From NCBI GenBank assembly GCA_964016885.1, contig OZ024744.1, forward strand, positions 21,328,001 through 21,392,000: a DNA stretch of 64,000 nt. Reading direction: 5' to 3'. This document shows, piece by piece, positions 1-15,000 of this stretch (position 1 is the first letter of the stretch; each line of letters begins with the position of its first letter). The position numbers and the translations under genes were made by a program. The stretch is from Eledone cirrhosa (Eukaryota). Under the pieces are notes generated by a model, which did no database searches, was not told the origin of the DNA, and was given only the letters and a program-made list of their open reading frames with translations.

Positions 1-3000
1 CTGTTGCTTTCCACTTCAATTACTGTTTTCTACTCTTCAATTATTGTTGCTCTCATCTTTCAATTACTGTTGCTCTCATCTTTCAATTACTGTTGCTCTC
101 TTATTTCAATTACTGTTGCTCTCCTCTTTATTTACTGTTCCTCTCCTCTTCCACTACTATTGCTCCCCTCTTCCATTACTGTTGCTCTCCTCTCCCATTA
201 CTGATTCTCTCCTCTTTCAATTACTGTTGCTCTCCTCTTTCAATTACTGTTGCTCTCCTCGTTCAATTACTGTTGCTCTCCTTGTTCAATTACTGTTGCT
301 CTTCCCTTCAATTACTGTTGTTCTCCTCGTTCAATTACTGTTGCTCTCCTCTTCAATTACTGTTGCTCTCCTCTTCAATTACTGTTGCTCTCCTCTTCAA
401 TTACTGTTGCTCTCCTCGTTCAATTACTGTTGCTCTCAACCTCAATTACTGTTGCTCCCCTCTTCAATTGCTGTTGCTCTCCTCTTTCAATTACTGTTGC
501 TCTCCTCTTTCAATTACTGTTGCCCTCCTCTTCAATTACTATTTCTCTCCTCTTTCATATACTGCTGCTCTCCTCTTCAATTACTGTTGCTCTCCACTTC
601 AATTACTGTTGCTCTCCTCGTTCAATTAATGTTGCTCTCCTCCTCAATTACTATTCTCTCCTCTTTCAATTACTGTTGCTCTCCTCTTTCAATTAATGTT
701 GCTCTCCTCGTTCAATTACTGTTGCTCTCCTCGTTCAATTACTGTTGCTCTTCTCGTTCAATTACTGTTGCTCTTCTCTTCAATTACTGTTGCTCTCCTC
801 TTCAATTACTGTTGCTCTCCTCGTTCAATTACTGTTGCTCTCCTCCTCAATTACTGTTGCTCTCCTCTTCAATTATTGTTGCTCTCATCTTCAATTAATG
901 TTGCTCTCCTCTTCAATTACTGTTGCTCTCCTCTTCAATTACTGTTGCTCTCCTCTTTCAATTACTGTTGCTCTCCTCTTTCAATTACTGTTGCTCTCCT
1001 CTTCAATTACTGTTGCTCTCTTGTACAGTTACTCTTGCTCTCCTCGTTCAATTACTGTTGCTCTCCTCTTCAATTACTATTTCTCTCCTCTTTCAATTAC
1101 TGTTGCTCTCCTCGTTCAATTACTGTTGCTCTCCTCTTCAATTACTGTTGCTCTCCTCTTCAATTAATGTTGCTCTCCTCTTTCAATTACTGTAGCTCTC
1201 CTCGTTCAATTACTGTTGCTCTCCTCTTCAATTACTGTTGCTCTCCTCGTTCAATTACTGTTGCTCTCCTCGTTCAATTACTGTTGCTCTCCTCTTCAAT
1301 TACTATTTCTCTCCTCTTTCAATTACTGTTGCTCTCCTCGTTCAATTACTGTTGCTCTCCTCGTTCAATTACTTATGCTCTTCTCATCAATTACTGTTGC
1401 TCTCCTCGTTCAATTACTGTTGCTCTCCTCTTCAATTACTGTTGTTCTCCTCGTTCAATTACTGTTGCTCTCCTCTTTCAATTACTGTTGCTCTCCTCGT
1501 TCAATTACTGTTGCTCTCCTTGTTCAATTACTGTTGCTCTTCCCTTCAATTACTGTTGTTCTCCTCGTTCAATTACTGTTGCTTTCCACTTCAATTACTG
1601 TTTTCTACTCTTCAATTATTGTTGCTCTCATCTTTCAATTACTGTTGCTCTCATCTTTCAATTACTGTTGCTCTCTTATTTCAATTACTGTTGCTCTCCT
1701 CTTTATTTACTGTTGCTCTCCTCTTCCACTACTATTGCTCCCCTCTTCCATTACTGTTGCTCTCCTCTCCCATTACTGATTCTCTCCTCTTTCAATTACT
1801 GTTGCTCTCCTCTTTCAATTACTGTTGCTCTCCTCGTTCAATTACTGTTGCTCTCCTTGTTCAATTACTGTTGCTCTTCCCTTCAATTACTGTTGTTCTC
1901 CTCGTTCAATTACTGTTGCTCTCCTCTTCAATTACTGTTGCTCTTCTCTTCAATTACTGTTGCTCTCCTCTTCAATTACTGTTGCTCTCCTCGTTCAATT
2001 ACTGTTGCTCTCATCCTCAATTACTGTTGCTCCCCTCTTCAATTGCTGTTGCTCTCCTCTTTCAATTACTGTTGCTCTCCTCTTTCAATTACTGTTGCCC
2101 TCCTCTTCAATTACTATTTCTCTCCTCTTTCATATACTGCTGCTCTCCTCTTCAATTACTGTTGCTCTCCTCTTCAATTACTGTTGCTCTCCTCGTTCAA
2201 TTAATGTTGCTCTCCTCCTCAATTACTATTCTCTCCTCTTTCAATTACTGTTGCTCTCCTCTTTCAATTAATGTTGCTCTCCTCGTTCAATTACTGTTGC
2301 TCTCCTCGTTCAATTACTGTTGCTCTTTTCGTTCAATTACTGTTGCTCTTCCCTTCAATTACTGTTTTTCTCCTCGTTCAATTACTGTTGCTCTCCTCTT
2401 CAATTACTGTTGCTCTCCTCTTCAATTACTGTTGCTCTCCTCGTTCAATTACTGTTGCTCTCCTCCTCAATTACTGTTGCTCTCCTCTTCAATTATTGTT
2501 GCTCTCATATTCAATTAATGTTGCTCTCCTCTTCAATTACTGTTGCTCTCCTCTTCAATTACTGTTGCTCTCCTCTTCAATTAATGTTGCTCTCCTCTTT
2601 CAATTACTGTTGCTCTCCTCTTTCAATTAATGTTGCTCTCCTCGTTCAATTACTGTTGCTCTCCTCGTTCAATTACAGTTGCTCTTCTCGTTCAATTACT
2701 GTTGCTCTTCCCTTCAATTACTGTTTTTCTCCTCGTTCAATTACTGTTGCTCTCCTCTTCAATTACTGTTGCTCTCCTCTTCAATTACTGTTGCTCTCCT
2801 CGTTCAATTACTGTTGCTCTTCCCTTCAATTACTGTTTTTCTCCTCGTTCAATTACTGTTGCTCTCCTCTTCAATTACTGTTGCTCTCCTCGTTCAATTA
2901 CTGTTGCTCTCCTCCTCAATTACTGTTGCTCTCCTCTTCAATTATTGTTGCTCTACTCTTCAATTAATGTTGCTCTCCTCTTCAATTACTGTTGCTCTCC

Positions 3001-6000
3001 TCTTCAATTACTGTTGCTCTACTCTTCAATTAATGTTGCTCTCCTCTTTCAATTACTGTTGCTCTCCTCGTTCAATTACTGTTGCTCTCCTCTTCAATTA
3101 CTGTTGCTCTCCTCGTTCAATTACTGTTGCTCTCCTCTTCAATTACTGTTGTTCTCCTCGTTCAATTACTCTTGCTCTCCTCTTTCAATTACTGTTGCTC
3201 TCCTCTTTCAATTGATGTTGCTCTCCTCTTCAATTACTGTTGCTCTCTACTTCAATTACTGTTGCTCCCTTCAATTACTGTCGCTCTCCTCTTCAATTAC
3301 TGTGGCTCTCCTCATTCACTTACTGTTGCTCTCCATTTCTATTAATGTTGCTCTCTTCTTTGAATTACTGTTTCTCTGCTCTTCAATTGCTATTGCTCTC
3401 CTCTTACATTTTCTGGTCCTTTCCTCTTTCTATTAATGTTGCTCTCCTGTTTCAATTACTATTACTCTCCTCTTTCAATTACTGTTGCTCTCCTCTTCAA
3501 TTACTGTTGTTCTCCTCGTTCAATTACTGTTGCTCTCCTCTTTCAATTACTGTTGCTCTCCTCGTTCAATTACTGTTGCTCTCCTTGTTCAATTACTGTT
3601 GCTCTTCCCTTCAATTACTGTTGTTCTCCCCGTTCAATTACTGTTGCTCTCCTCTTCAATTAATGTCGCTCTCCACTTCAATTACTGTCGCTCTCCTCCT
3701 CAATTACTCTTGCACTCCTCTTTCAATTACTGTAGCCCTCCTCTTCAATTACTGTTGCTCTCCACTTCAATTACTGTTGCTTTCCACTTCAATTACTGTT
3801 TTCTACTCTTCAATGATTGTTGCTCTCATCTTTCAATTACTGTTGCTCTCATCTTTCAATTACTGTTGCTCTCTTCTTTCAATTACTGTTGCTCTCCTCT
3901 TTATTTACTGTTGCTCTCCTCTTCCACTACTATTGCTCCCCTCTTCCATTACTGTTGCTCTCCTCTCCCATTACTGATTCTCCCCTCTTTCAATTACTGT
4001 TGCTCTCCTCTTCAATTACTGTTGCGCTCCTATTCAATTACTGTTGCTCCACTCTTCAAATAATGTTTCTCTCCTCTTTCAATTACTGTTGCTCTCCTCT
4101 TCAATTACTGTAGCTTTCCTCTTTCAATTACTGTTGCTCTCCTCTTTCAATTACTGGTGCTCTCCTCTTCAATCACTGTTGCTCTCCTCGTTCAATTACT
4201 GCTGCTCTCCTCCGCAATTGCTTTTGCTCCCCTCTTCAATTGCTGTTGCTCTGCTCTTTCAATTACTGTTGCTCTCCTCGTTCAATTACTGTTGCTCTCC
4301 TCTTCAATTACAATTCTCTCCTCTTTCAATTATTGTTGCTCTCCTCTTCAATTACTGTTGCTCTCCTCTTCAATTACTGTTGCTCTCTTGTACAGTTACT
4401 CTTGCTCTCCTCGTTCAATTACTGTTGCTCTCCTCTTTCAATTACTGTTGCTCTCCTCGTTCAATTACTGTTGCTCTCCTCTTCAATTATTGTTGCTCTC
4501 CTCGTTCAATTACTGTTGCTCTCCTCGTTCAATTACTGTTGCTCTCCTCTTCAATTACTATTTCTCCTCTTTCAATTACTGTTGCTCTCCTCGTTCAATT
4601 CCTGTTGCTCTCCTCGTTCAATTACTGTTGCTCTCCTCGTCAATTACTGTTGCTCTTCTCGTTCAATTACTGTTGCTCTCCTCTTCAATTACTATTCTCT
4701 CCTCTTTCGAATTACTGTTGCTCTCCTCTTTCAATTACTGTTGCTATCCTCGTTCAATTACTGTTGCTCTCCTTGTTCAATTACTGTTGCTCTTCCCTTC
4801 AATTACTGTTGTTCTCCTCGTTCAATTACTGTTGCTCTCCTCTTCAATTACTCTTGCTCTCCTCTTCAATTACTGTTGCTCTCCTCTTCAAATAATGTTG
4901 CTCTCCTCTTCAATTACTCTTGCTCTCCTCGTTCAATTACTGTTGCTCTCCGCTTTCAATTACTGTTGCTCCCCTCTTCAATTGCTGTTGCTCTCCTCTT
5001 TCAATTACTGTTGCTCTCCTCTTTCAATTACTGTTGCCCTCCTCTTCAATTACTATTTCTCTCCTCTTTCATATACTGTTGCTCTCCACTTCAATTACTG
5101 TTGCTCTCCTCTTCAATTACTGTTGCTCTCCTCGTTCAATTACTGTTGCTCTCCTCCTCAATTACTATTCTCTCCTCTTTCAATTACTGTTGTTCTCCTC
5201 TTTCAATTAATGTTGCTCTCCTCGGTCAATTACTGTTGCTCTCCTCGTTCAATTACTGTTGCTCTTCTCGTTCAATTACTCTTGCTCTTCCCTTCAATTA
5301 CTGTTTTTCTCCTCGTTCAATTACTGTTGCTCTCCTCTTCAATTACTGTTGCTCTCCTCTTCAATTACTGTTGCTCTCCTCGTTCAATTACTGTTGCTCT
5401 CCTCCTCAATTACTGTTGCTCTCCTCTTCAATTATTGTTGCTCTCCTCTTCAATTAATGTTGCTCTCCTCTTCAATTACTGTTGCTCTCCTCTTCAATTA
5501 CTGTTGCTCTCCTCTTCAATTAATGTTGCTCTCCTCTTTCAATTACTGTTGCTCTCCTCGTTCAATTACTGTTGTTCTCCTCGTTCAATTACTGTTGCTT
5601 TCCACTTCAATTACTGTTTTCTACTCTTCAATTATTGTTGCTCTCATCTTTCAATTACTGTTGCTCTCATCTTTCAATTACTGTTGCTCTCTTATTTCAA
5701 TTACTGTTGCTCTCCTCTTTATTTACTGTTGCTCTCCTCTTCCACTACTATTGCTCCCCTCTTCCATTACTGTTGCTCTCCTCTCCCATTACTGATTCTC
5801 TCCTCTTTCAATTACTGTTGCTCTCCTCTTTCAATTACTGTTGCTCTCCTCGTTCAATTACTGTTGCTCTCCTTGTTCAATTACTGTTGCTCTTCCCTTC
5901 AATTACTGTTGTTCTCCTCGTTCAATTACTGTTGCTCTCCTCTTCAATTACTGTTGCTCTCCTCTTCAATTACTGTTGCTCTCCTCTTCAATTACTGTTG

Positions 6001-9000
6001 CTCTCCTCGTTCAATTACTGTTGCTCTCATCCTCAATTACTGTTGCTCCCCTCTTCAATTGCTGTTGCTCTCCTCTTTCAATTACTGTTGCTCTCCTCTT
6101 TCAATTACTGTTGCCCTCCTCTTCAATTACTATTTCTCTCCTCTTTCATATACTGCTGCTCTCCTCTTCAATTACTGTTGCTCTCCTCTTCAATTACTGT
6201 TGCTCTCCTCGTTCAATTAATGTTGCTCTCCTCCTCAATTACTATTCTCTCCTCTTTCAATTACTGTTGCTCTCCTCTTTCAATTAATGTTGCTCTCCTC
6301 GTTCAATTACTGTTGCTCTCCTCGTTCAATTACTGTTGCTCTTCTCGTTCAATTACTGTTGCTCTTCCCTTCAATTACTGTTTTTCTCCTCGTTCAATTA
6401 CTGTTGCTCTCCTCTTCAATTACTGTTGCTCTCCTCTTCAATTACTGTTGCTCTCCTCGTTCAATTACTGTTGCTCTCCTCCTCAATTACTGTTGCTCTC
6501 CTCTTCAATTATTGTTGCTCTCATCTTCAATTAATGTTGCTCTCCTCTTCAATTACTGTTGCTCTCCTCTTCAATTACTGTTGCTCTCCTCTTCAATTAA
6601 TGTTGCTCTCCTCTTTCAATTACTGTTGCTCTCCTCTTTCAATTACTGTTGCTCTTCTCTTCAATTACTGTTGCTCTCTTGTACAGTTACTCTTGCTCTC
6701 CTCGTTCAATTACTGTTGCTCTCCTCTTCAATTACTATTTCTCTCCTCTTTCAATTACTGTTGCTCTCCTCGTTCAATTACTGTTGCTCTCCTCTTCAAT
6801 TACAATTCTCTCCTCTTTCTATTATTGTTGCTCTCCTCTTCAATTACTGTTGCTCTCCTCTTCAATTACTGTTGCTCTCTTGTACAGTTACTCTTGCTCT
6901 CCTCGTTCAATTACTGTTGCTCTCCTCTTTCAATTACTGTTGCTCTCCTCGTTCAATTACTGTTGCTCTCCTCTTCAATTATTGTTGCTCTCCTCGTTCA
7001 ATTACTGTTGCTCTCCTCGTTCAATTACTGTTGCTCTCCTCTTCAATTACTATTTCTCCTCTTTCAATTACTGTTGCTCTCCTCGTTCAATTCCTGTTGC
7101 TCTCCTCGTTCAATTACTGTTGCTCTCCTCGTCAATTACTGTTGCTCTTCTCGTTCAATTACTGTTGCTCTCCTCTTCAATTACTATTCTCTCCTCTTTC
7201 GAATTACTGTTGCTCTCCTCTTTCAATTACTGTTGCTATCCTCGTTCAATTACTGTTGCTCTCCTTGTTCAATTACTGTTGCTCTTCCCTTCAATTACTG
7301 TTGTTCTCCTCGTTCAATTACTGTTGCTCTCCTCTTCAATTACTCTTGCTCTCCTCTTCAATTACTGTTGCTCTCCTCTTCAAATAATGTTGCTCTCCTC
7401 TTCAATTACTGTTGCTCTCCTCGTTCAATTACTGTTGCTCTCCGCTTTCAATTACTGTTGCTCCCCTCTTCAATTGCTGTTGCTCTCCTCTTTCAATTAC
7501 TGTTGCTCTCCTCTTTCAATTACTGTTGCCCTCCTCTTCAATTACTATTTCTCTCCTCTTTCATATACTGTTGCTCTCCTCTTCAATTACTGTTGCTCTC
7601 CTCTTCAATTACTGTTGCTCTCCTCGTTCAATTACTGTTGCTCTCCTCCTCAATTACTATTCTCTCCTCTTTCAATTACTGTTGCTCTCCTCTTTCAATT
7701 AATGTTGCTCTCCTCGGTCAATTACTGTTGCTCTCCTCGTTCAATTACTGTTGCTCTTCTCGTTCAATTACTCTTGCTCTTCCCTTGAATTACTGTTTTT
7801 CTCCTCGTTCAATTACTGTTGCTCTCCTCTTCAATTACTGTTGCTCTCCTCTTCAATTACTGTTGCTCTCCTCGTTCAATTACTGTTGCTCTCCTCCTCA
7901 ATTACTGTTGCTCTCCTCTTCAATTATTGTTGCTCTCCTCGTCAATTAATGTGGCTCTCCTCTTCAATTACTGTTGCTCTCCTCTTCAATTACTGTTGCT
8001 CTCCTCTTCAATTAATGTTGCTCTCCTCTTTCAATTACTGTTGCTCTCCTCGTTCAATTACTGTTGCTCTCCTCTTCAATTACTGTTGCTCTCCTCGTTC
8101 AATTACTGTTGCTCTCCTCGTTCAATTACTGTTGCTCTCCTCTTCAATTACTATTTCTCTCCTCTTTCAATTACTGTTGCTCTCCTCGTTCAATTACTGT
8201 TGCTCTCCTCGTTCAATTACTTATGCTCTTCTCATCAATTACTGTTGCTCTCCTCGTTCAATTACTGTTGCTCTCCTCTTCAATTACTGTTGTTCTCCTC
8301 GTTCAATTACTGTTGCTCTCCTCTTTCAATTACTGTTGCTCTCCTCGTTCAATTACTGTTGCTCTCCTTGTTCAATTACTGTTGCTCTTCCCTTCAATTA
8401 CTGTTGTTCTCCTCGTTCAATTACTGTTGCTTTCCACTTCAATTACTGTTTTCTACTCTTCAATTATTGTTGCTCTCATCTTTCAATTACTGTTGCTCTC
8501 ATCTTTCAATTACTGTTGCTCTCTTATTTCAATTACTGTTGCTCTCCTCTTTATTTACTGTTGCTCTCCTCTTCCACTACTATTGCTCCCCTCTTCCATT
8601 ACTGTTGCTCTCCTCTCCCATTACTGATTCTCTCCTCTTTCAATTACTGTAGCTCTCCTCTTTCAATTACTGTTGCTCTCCTCGTTCAATTACTGTTGCT
8701 CTCCTTGTTCAATTACTGTTGCTCTTCCCTTCAATTACTGTTGTTCTCCTCGTTCAATTACTGTTGCTCTCCTCTTCAATTACTGTTGCTCTCCTCTTCA
8801 ATTACTGTTGCTCTCCTCTTCAATTACTGTTGCTCTCCTCGTTCAATTACTGTTGCTCTCATCCTCAATTACTGTTGCTCCCCTCTTCAATTGCTGTTGC
8901 TCTCCTCTTTCAATTACTGTTGCTCTCCTCTTTCAATTACTGTTGCCCTCCTCTTCAATTACTATTTCTCTCCTCTTTCATATACTGCTGCTCTCCTCTT

Positions 9001-12000
9001 CAATTACTGTTGCTCTCCTCTTCAATTACTGTTGCTCTCCTCGTTCAATTAATGTTGCTCTCCTCCTCAATTACTATTCTCTCCTCTTTCAATTACTGTT
9101 GCTCTCCTCTTTCAATTAATGTTGCTCTCCTCGTTCAATTACTGTTGCTCTCCTCGTTCAATTACTGTTGCTCTTCTCGTTCAATTACTGTTGCTCTTCC
9201 CTTCAATTACTGTTTTTCTCCTCGTTCAATTACTGTTGCTCTCCTCTTCAATTACTGTGGCTCTCCTCTTCAATTACTGTTGCTCTCCTCGTTCAATTAC
9301 TGTTGCTCTCCTCCTCAATTACTGTTGCTCTCCTCTTCAATTATTGTTGCTCTCATCTTCAATTAATGTTGCTCTCGTCTTCAATTACTGTTGCTCTCCT
9401 CTTCAATTACTGTTGCTCTCCTCTTCAATTAATGTTGCTCTCCTCTTTCAATTACTGTTGCTCTCCTCTTTCAATTAATGTTGCTCTCCTCGTTCAATTA
9501 CTGTTGCTCTCCTCGTTCAATTACTGTTGCTCTTCTCGTTCAATTACTGTTGCTCTTCCCTTCAATTACTGTTTTTCTCCTCGTTCAATTACTGTTGCTC
9601 TCCTCTTCAATTACTGTTGCTCTCCTCTTCAATTACTGTTGCTCTCCTCGTTCAATTACTGTTGCTCTTCCCTTCAATTACTGTTTTTCTCCTCGTTCAA
9701 TTACTGTTGCTCTCCTCTTCAATTACTGTTGCTCTCCTCGTTCAATTACTGTTGCTCTCCTCCTCAATTACTGTTGCTCTCCTCTTCAATTATTGTTGCT
9801 CTACTCTTCAATTAATGTTGCTCTCCTCTTCAATTACTGTTGCTCTCCTCTTCAATTACTGTTGCTCTCCTCTTCAATTAATGTTGCTCTCTTCGTTCAA
9901 TTACTGTTGCTCTCCTCTTCAATTACTGTTGCTCTCCTCGTTCAATTACTGTTGCTCTCCTCTTCAATTACTGTTGTTCTCCTCGTTTAATTACTCTTGC
10001 TCTCCTCTTTCAATTACTGTTGCTCTCCTCTTTCAATTGATGTTGCTCTCCTCTTCAATTACTGTTGCTCTCTACTTCAATTACTGTTGCTCCCTTCAAT
10101 TACTGTCGCTCTCCTCTTCAATTACTGTGGCTCTCCTCATTCACTTACTGTTGCTCTCCATTTCTATTAATGTTGCTCTCTTCTTTGAATTACTGTTTCT
10201 CTGCTCTTCAATTGCTATTGCTCTCCTCTTACATTTTCTGGTCCTTTCCTCTTTCTATTAATGTTGCTCTCCTGTTTCAATTACTATTACTCTCCTCTTT
10301 CAATTACTGTTGCTCTCCTCTTCAATTATTGTTGCTCTCCTCTTCAATTACTGTTGACCTGCTCTTCAATTACTGTTGCTCTCCTCTTCAATTACTCTTG
10401 TTTTCCTCTTTCAATTACTGTTGCTGTCCTTATCAATTAATTGTTGCTGTTCTCTTCAATTACTGTTGCTCTCCTCCTCAATTACTGTTGCTCACTTTTT
10501 CAATTAATGTCGCTCTCCTCTTTCACTTACTGTTGCTCTCCATTTCTATTAATGTTGCTCTCTTCTTTCAATTATTGTTGCTCTCCACTTCAATTACTGT
10601 TGCTCTCCTCTTCAATTACTGTTGCTCTCCTCTTCAATTACAATTGCTCTCCTCTATAAATTACCGTTGCTCTCCTCTTTCAATTACTATTGCTCTCTTT
10701 TTCAATTACTGTTGCTCTCATCTTCAATTAATGTTGCTCTCCTCTTCAATTATTGTTGCTCTCCTCTTAATTTACTGTCGCTCTCCTCTTCAATTACTGT
10801 TGCTCTCCACTTCAATTACTGCTGCTCTCCTCTTCAATTACTGTTGCTCTCTACTTCAATTACTGTTTCTCTCCACTTTCAGTTATTGTTGCTCTCCTCT
10901 TCAATTAATGTTGCTCTCCACTTCAATTACTGTTGCTCTCCTCCTCAAATACTGTTGCTCTCCTCTTCAATTACTGTTGCTCTCCTCTTTCAATTACTGT
11001 TGCTCTCTTCTTTCAATTAATGTTTCTCTATCTTCATTTACAGTAGCCCTCCTCTTTCAAATGCTGTAGCTCTCCACTTCAATTACTGTTGCTCTCCTCT
11101 TCAATTACTGTTCCTCTCCTCTTTAATTACTCTTGCACTCCTCGTTCAATTACTGTTGCTCTCCTCTTCAATTACTGTTGCTCTCCTCTTCAATTATTGT
11201 TGCTCTCATCTTCAATTAATGTTGCTCTCCTCTTCAATTACTGTTGCTCTCCTCTTCAATTATTGTTGCTCTCATCTTCAATTAATGTTGCTCTCCTATT
11301 CAATTACTGTTGCTCTCCTCTTCAATTACTGTTGCTCTCCTCTTCAATTAATGTTGCTCTCCTCTTTCAATTACTGTTGCTCTCCTCGTTCAATTACTGT
11401 TGCTCTTCTCGTTCAATTACTGTTGCTCTTCCCTTCAATTACTGTTTTTCTCCTCGTTCAATTACTGTTGCTCTCCTCTTCAATTACTGTTGCTCTCCTC
11501 TTCAATTACTGTTGCTCTCCTCGTTCAATTACTGTTGCTCTCCTCCTCAATTACTGTTGCTCTCCTCTTCAATTATTGTTGCTCTCCTCTTCAATTAATG
11601 TTGCTCTCCTCTTCAATTACTGTTGCTCTCCTCTTCAATTACTGTTGCTCTCCTCTTCAATTAATGTTGCTCTCCTCTTTCAATTACTGTTGCTCTCCTC
11701 GTTCAATTACTGTTGCTCTCCTCTTCAATTACTGTTGCTCTCCTCGTTCAATTACTGTTGCTCTCCTCGTTCAATTACTTATGCTCCTCTCATCAATTAC
11801 TGTTGCTCTCCTCGTTCAATTACTGTTGCTCTCCTCTTCAATTACTGTTGTTCTCCTCGTTCAATTACTCTTGCTCTCCTCTTTCAATTACTGTTGCTCT
11901 CCTCTTTCAATTGATGTTGCTCTCCTCTTCAATTACTGTTGCTCTCTACTTCAATTACTGTTGCTCTCTTCAATTACTGTCGCTCTCCTCTTCAATTACT

Positions 12001-15000
12001 GTGGCTCTCCTCTTTCACTTACTGTTGCTCTCCATTTCTATTAATGTTGCTCTCTTCTTTGAATTACTGTTTCTCTGCTCTTCAATTACTATTGCTCTCC
12101 TCTTACATTTTCTGGTCCGTTCCTCTTTCTATTAATGTTGCTCTCCTGTTTCAATTACTATTACTCTCCTCTTTCAATTACTGTTGCTCTCCTCTTCAAT
12201 TACTGTTGCTCTCCTCTTCAATTACTGTTGACCTGCTCTTCAATTACTGTTGCTCTCTTTCATTTACTATTGCTCTCCTCTTCAATTACTGTTGTTTTCC
12301 TCTTTCAATTACTGTTGCTGTCCTTCTCAATTAATTGTTGCTGTCCTCTTCAATTACTGTTGCTCTCCTCCTCAATTATTGTTGCTCACTTCTTCAATTA
12401 ATGTCGCTCTCCTCTTTCACTTACTGTTGCTCTTCATTTCTATTAATGTTGCTCTCTTCTTTCAATTATTGTTGCTCTCCACTTCAATTACTGTTGCTCT
12501 CCTCGTTCAATTACTGTTGCTCTCCTCTTCAATTACTGTTGCTCTCCTCGTTCAATTACTGTTGCTCTCCTCGTTCAATTACTTATGCTCCTCTCATTAA
12601 TTACTGTTGCTCTCCTCGTTCAATTACTGTTGCTCTCCTCTTCAATTACTGTTGTTCTCCACGTTCAATTACTCTTGCTCTCCTCTTTCAATTACTGTTG
12701 CTCTCCTCTTTCAATTGATGTTGCTCTCCTCTTCAATTACTGTTGCTCTCTACTTCAATTACTGTTGCTCTCTTCAATTACTGTCGCTCTGCTCTTCAAT
12801 TACTGTGGCTCTCCTCTTTCACTTACTGTTGCTCTCCATTTCTATTAATGTTGCTCTCTTCTTTGAATTACTGTTTCTCTGCTCTTCAATTACTATTGCT
12901 CTCCTCTTACATTTTCTGGTCCTTTCCTCTTTCTATTAATGTTGCTCTCCTGTTTCAATTACTATTACTCTCCTCTTTCAATTAGTGTTGCTCTCCTCTT
13001 CAATTACTGTTGCTCTCCTCTTCAATTACTGTTGACCTGCTCTTCTATTACTGTTGCTCTCTTTCAATTACTATTCCTCTCCTCTTCAATTACTGTTGTT
13101 TTCCTCTTTCAATTACTGTTGCTGTCCTTCTCAATTAATTGTTGCTGTCCTCTTCAATTACTGTTGCTCTCCTCCTCAATTACTGTTGCTCACTTCTTCA
13201 ATTAATGTCGCTCTCCTCTTTCACTTACTGTTGCTCTCCATTTCTATTAATGTTGCTCTCTTCTTTCAATTATTGTTGCTCTCCACTTCAATTACTGTTG
13301 CTCTCCTCTTCAATTACTGTTGCTCTCCTCTTCAATTACATTTGCTCTCCTCTATAAATTACCGTTGCTCTCCTCTTTCAATTACTATTGCTCTCTTTTT
13401 CAATTACTGTTGCTCTCCTATTCAATTAATGTTGCTCTCCTCTTCAATTATTGTTGCTCTCCTCTTAATTTACTGTCGCTCTCCTCTTCAATTACTGTTG
13501 CTCTCCACTTCAATTACTGTCGCTCTCCTCCTCAATTACAATTGCTATTTTCCTCAATTACTGCTGCTCTCCTCTTCAATTACTGTTGCTCTCTACTTCA
13601 ATTACTGTTTCTCTCCTCTTTCAGTTATTGTTGCTCTCCTCTTCAATTAATGTTGCTCTCCACTTCAATTACTGTCGCTCTCCTCCTCAAATACTGTTGC
13701 TCTCCTCTTCAATTACTGTTGCTCTCCTCTTTCAATTACTGTTGCTCTCTTCTTTCAATTAATGTTTCTCTATCTTCAATTACTGTAGCCCTCCTCTTTC
13801 AAATGCTGTAGCTCTCCACTTCAATTACTGTTGCTCTCCTCTTCAATTACTGTTGCTCTCCTCTTTAATTACTCTTGCACTCCTCTTCAATTACTGTTGC
13901 TCTCCTCTTTCAATTACAGTTGCTCTCCTCTTCAATTACTGTTGCTCTCCTCCTTCTTTTACTGTTGTTTTCCTCTTTCAATTACTGTTGCTGTCCTTCT
14001 CAATTAATTGTCGCTCTCCTCTTAAATTACTGTTGCTCTCCTCCTCAATTACGGTTGCTCTCTTCTTCAATTAATGTCGCTCTGTTTTTCAATTAATGTT
14101 GCTCTACACTTCAATTACTGTCGCTCTCCTCCTCAATTACTGTTGCTCTCCTCCACAGTTACTGTTGCTCTCCTCTTAAATTACTGTTGCTCCCCTCCTT
14201 CAATTACTTTTGAGCTCTTCTTTCAATTACTGTTGCTCTCCTCTTTCAATTAATGTTGCTCTGCTTTTCAATTACTGTTGCTCTATTCTTTCAATTACTG
14301 TTGCTCTCCTCTTTCAATTGCTGTTGCTCTCCTCTTCAATTACTCTTGCTCTCTTCAATTACTGTTGCTCTCCTCTTCAATTACTGTTGCTCTCCTCTTC
14401 AATTACTATTGCTCTCCTCTTTCACTTACTGTTCTCTCCATTTCTATTAATGTTGCTCTCTTCTTTCAATTAATGTTGCTCTCCTCTTCAATTATTGTTG
14501 CTCTCCTCTTAAATTACTGTCGCTCTCCTCTCCAATTACTGTTGCTCTCCACTTAAATTTCTGTCGCTCTCCTCCTCAATTACTGTTGCTCTTTTCCTCA
14601 ATTACTGTTGCTCTCCTCTTCAATTACTGTTGCTCTCTACTTCAATTACTGTTTCTCTCCTCTTTCAGTTACTATTGCTCTCCTCTTCAATTATTGTTGC
14701 TCTACACTTCAATTACTGTCGCTCTCCTCCTCAATTACTGTTGCTCTCCTCTTCAATTACTGTTGCTCTCCTCTTTCAATTACTGTTCCTCGCCTCTTTC
14801 AATTACTGTTGCTCTCCTCTTTCAATTACTGTTGCTCTCTTCTTTCAATTACTGTTGCTCTCCTCCTCAATTACTGTTCCTCTCCTCTTCAATTACTGTT
14901 GCTCTTCTCCTTCAATTACTGATGACCTCTTCTTTCAATTACTGTTGCTCTCCTCTTTCAATTAATGTTGCTCTCCTCTTTCAATTAATGTTGCTCTCTT

